17,085 bases of DNA, from the NCBI GenBank assembly GCA_041740355.1, contig JBGSMD010000036.1, forward strand, positions 1-17,085, read 5' to 3'. Positions 15,681 through 17,085 of this stretch are shown in pieces. How positions within the stretch are numbered: the first letter of the stretch is position 1; each line of letters starts with the position of its first letter. The notes under the pieces are model-generated. The model was not told the DNA's origin. It ran no database searches and saw only the letters and a list, made by a program, of their open reading frames with translations. This stretch comes from Bdellovibrionota bacterium (GTDB lineage: Bacteria > Bdellovibrionota_C > UBA2361 > CALJRW01). The position numbers and the translations under genes are program-made.

Positions 15681-16692
15681 TAACCAAGCTACACAGTTTT
15701 TTTATGAGTTAACACCCGACCGTATTTTAGTTGCAGTCGAAGAACTGGGTACACGCTGCACGGGGAAAATTATTCCTTTAAATAGTGTGGAAAATCGTGT
15801 TTATGATGTGGAACTAGAAATTCCTTATGAAAGTTTGGAATCAAAATATCAAGCATCACGGGTAATTAAAATTTATCGACCGGGACGATGGTCAAAAGAG
15901 CAGATCTTAGAGGAACATCAATTCATAAAAGACTTAGAAGAACGTGACTTGCCAGTTGTTCCGCCACTTAATTTTCCAGACGGCCAAACTGTACATACGG
16001 TAGCGGGCTTAGACCAAGATTTGTTTTTTAGTATATTTCCTAAAATTGGCGGAAGGATACTAGATGAATATACTGACTCTCAGATTGCTATGCTAGGACG
16101 CTTTATAGCCAGAATGCATCAGGTTGGTCGCTCGGAAAAAGCCAAGCATCGAAACGTATTAACTCCCAAGTCTTACGGAATAGATAATTGTAAATATCTT
16201 GTTGAAAAACAAATTCTGCCCTTAGAGGTTCAGGCACGCTATCTCCAACTAGTCGAACAAATTTGTGAGGTATCTAATCCTTGGTTTGAATCAGTTCCCC
16301 TTCAAAGACTTCATGGAGATTGTCACTTAGGAAATATTTTGTGGCTGGATGAAGGTTGCACTTTTGTTGATTTCGATGATTTCATTATGGGTCCACCAAT
16401 TCAGGATCTTTGGTTAATCGTCCCAGGTCGTGACCAGTGGAGTGTTAAGCAGCGTGAGCTATTAATGGAATCCTATAGCGAAATGATTGATTTTGATTTT
16501 GAAAGTGTTCGCTTGATTGAACCACTCCGGGCACTCAGAATGGTAAACTTTAGTACTTGGATTGCCAAGCGTTGGGATGATCCGGCATTTAAAAATATTT
16601 TTCCACTCTTTGGTACACCACAATATTGGAGAGAAGAGTTAAATGCCTTGGAGGAAGTTCTACAGATCATGCATTGTGGCGAAGTTTTTTAA
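15673..16692 (+). CDS. srkA: Stress response Ser/Thr kinase SrkA (RdoA/YihE)
   Basis: LNSVENRVY, KIYRPGRWS.EQILEEH, RLHGDCHLGNILW, DFDD, GPPIQDLW, IEPLRALR, WIAKRWDDPAF. Confidence 0.93.
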   Translation: MFDNQATQFFYELTPDRILVAVEELGTRCTGKIIPLNSVENRVYDVELEIPYESLESKYQASRVIKIYRPGRWSKEQILEEHQFIKDLEERDLPVVPPLNFPDGQTVHTVAGLDQDLFFSIFPKIGGRILDEYTDSQIAMLGRFIARMHQVGRSEKAKHRNVLTPKSYGIDNCKYLVEKQILPLEVQARYLQLVEQICEVSNPWFESVPLQRLHGDCHLGNILWLDEGCTFVDFDDFIMGPPIQDLWLIVPGRDQWSVKQRELLMESYSEMIDFDFESVRLIEPLRALRMVNFSTWIAKRWDDPAFKNIFPLFGTPQYWREELNALEEVLQIMHCGEVF

Positions 16693-16946
16693 GTTCAGTT
16701 GTAAGTTGTCGAATGACTTAAACTCGGTCTTCACTGTAATTAGTAATATCTAATGCCTTTCGATACAATTAACGAGGATCCTCTAGCTAAAAAACCTCAT
16801 GAAGCAAAAACATAATTCTTGGTATTCGCGTCATTAAAAGAACCACTTTTGCCCCGGCATAATTTGAGATCCCTTACTACCACTATTTGATAATAAATAC
16901 TGTTCACCAGTCTTACTTAGAGAACAAGTTATCTCAATAATATCGA

Positions 16947-17036
16947 GAACCCAAAAAAGGATTTCCGTTAAGGAAATTATTTTTTGAGGTTCGGGCTTTA
17001 GCGTTTAAATATTGATTTTGAAGAAATCAATATTTA
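16947..17036. repeat. Two tandem hairpins upstream of repeat copy 3
   Basis: GAACC-CAAAAAA..ATTTCC/GGAAAT..TTTTTTG-A-GGTTC (16947-16992); perfect 13-bp IR TAAATATTGATTT/AAATCAATATTTA (17006-17036). Confidence 0.75.
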
Positions 17037-17037
17037 T

Positions 17038-17085
17038 CGGCTTTTCAAATCCTGGTTAAACCAGGTTTGAATGCCTAAAAACAAC
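17038..17085 (+). repeat. Dispersed palindromic repeat, copy 3 (truncated by window end)
   Basis: CGGC..TTCAAA-T-CCTGGT/ACCAGG-TTTGAA..GCC then CTAAAAACAAC; aligns to copy 1 positions 25-74. Confidence 0.8.

Noticed and set aside
16693-17005. Possible small gene or gene remnant after srkA (minus-strand open frame of about 56 codons, ~16834-17004)
   Set aside because: No plausible start codon near its 5' end and no recognisable motif; partly overlaps hairpins.
1-17085. CRISPR array or integron attC interpretation of the palindromic repeats
   Set aside because: Copies are kilobases apart, in both orientations, between housekeeping genes; no regular repeat-spacer period, cas genes or integrase, and no clear RYYYAAC..GTTRRRY boundaries.

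Overview
AT-rich bacterial core-genome window with every credible gene on the + strand, most consistent with a Bdellovibrionota/deltaproteobacteria-like lineage (inference from gene order and protein style). Order: split heptose kinase (RfaE domain I), yicC, gmk, GspC-PDZ-like lipoprotein, purB, a GNAT acetyltransferase broken by an in-frame TGA, an orphan ORF, rpsB-tsf-pyrH-frr-uppS-cdsA-rseP-tsaB (dxr absent), rho, an atypical receiver protein, a small membrane protein, a Nudix hydrolase and SrkA/RdoA kinase. I see no novel multi-gene protein system, CRISPR array, tRNA/rRNA or transposase. The most unusual signal is non-coding. A dispersed two-module palindromic repeat (bulged-T hairpin, CTAAAAACAAC linker, 13-bp-IR/33-nt-spacer module) occurs at 6-142, inverted at 8973-9105 and truncated at the window end, with compensatory base changes. 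Other signals are stacked hairpins between rpsB and tsf, a G-U-rich ~150-190 nt rod between uppS and cdsA, an S2-type leader and a long rho leader.
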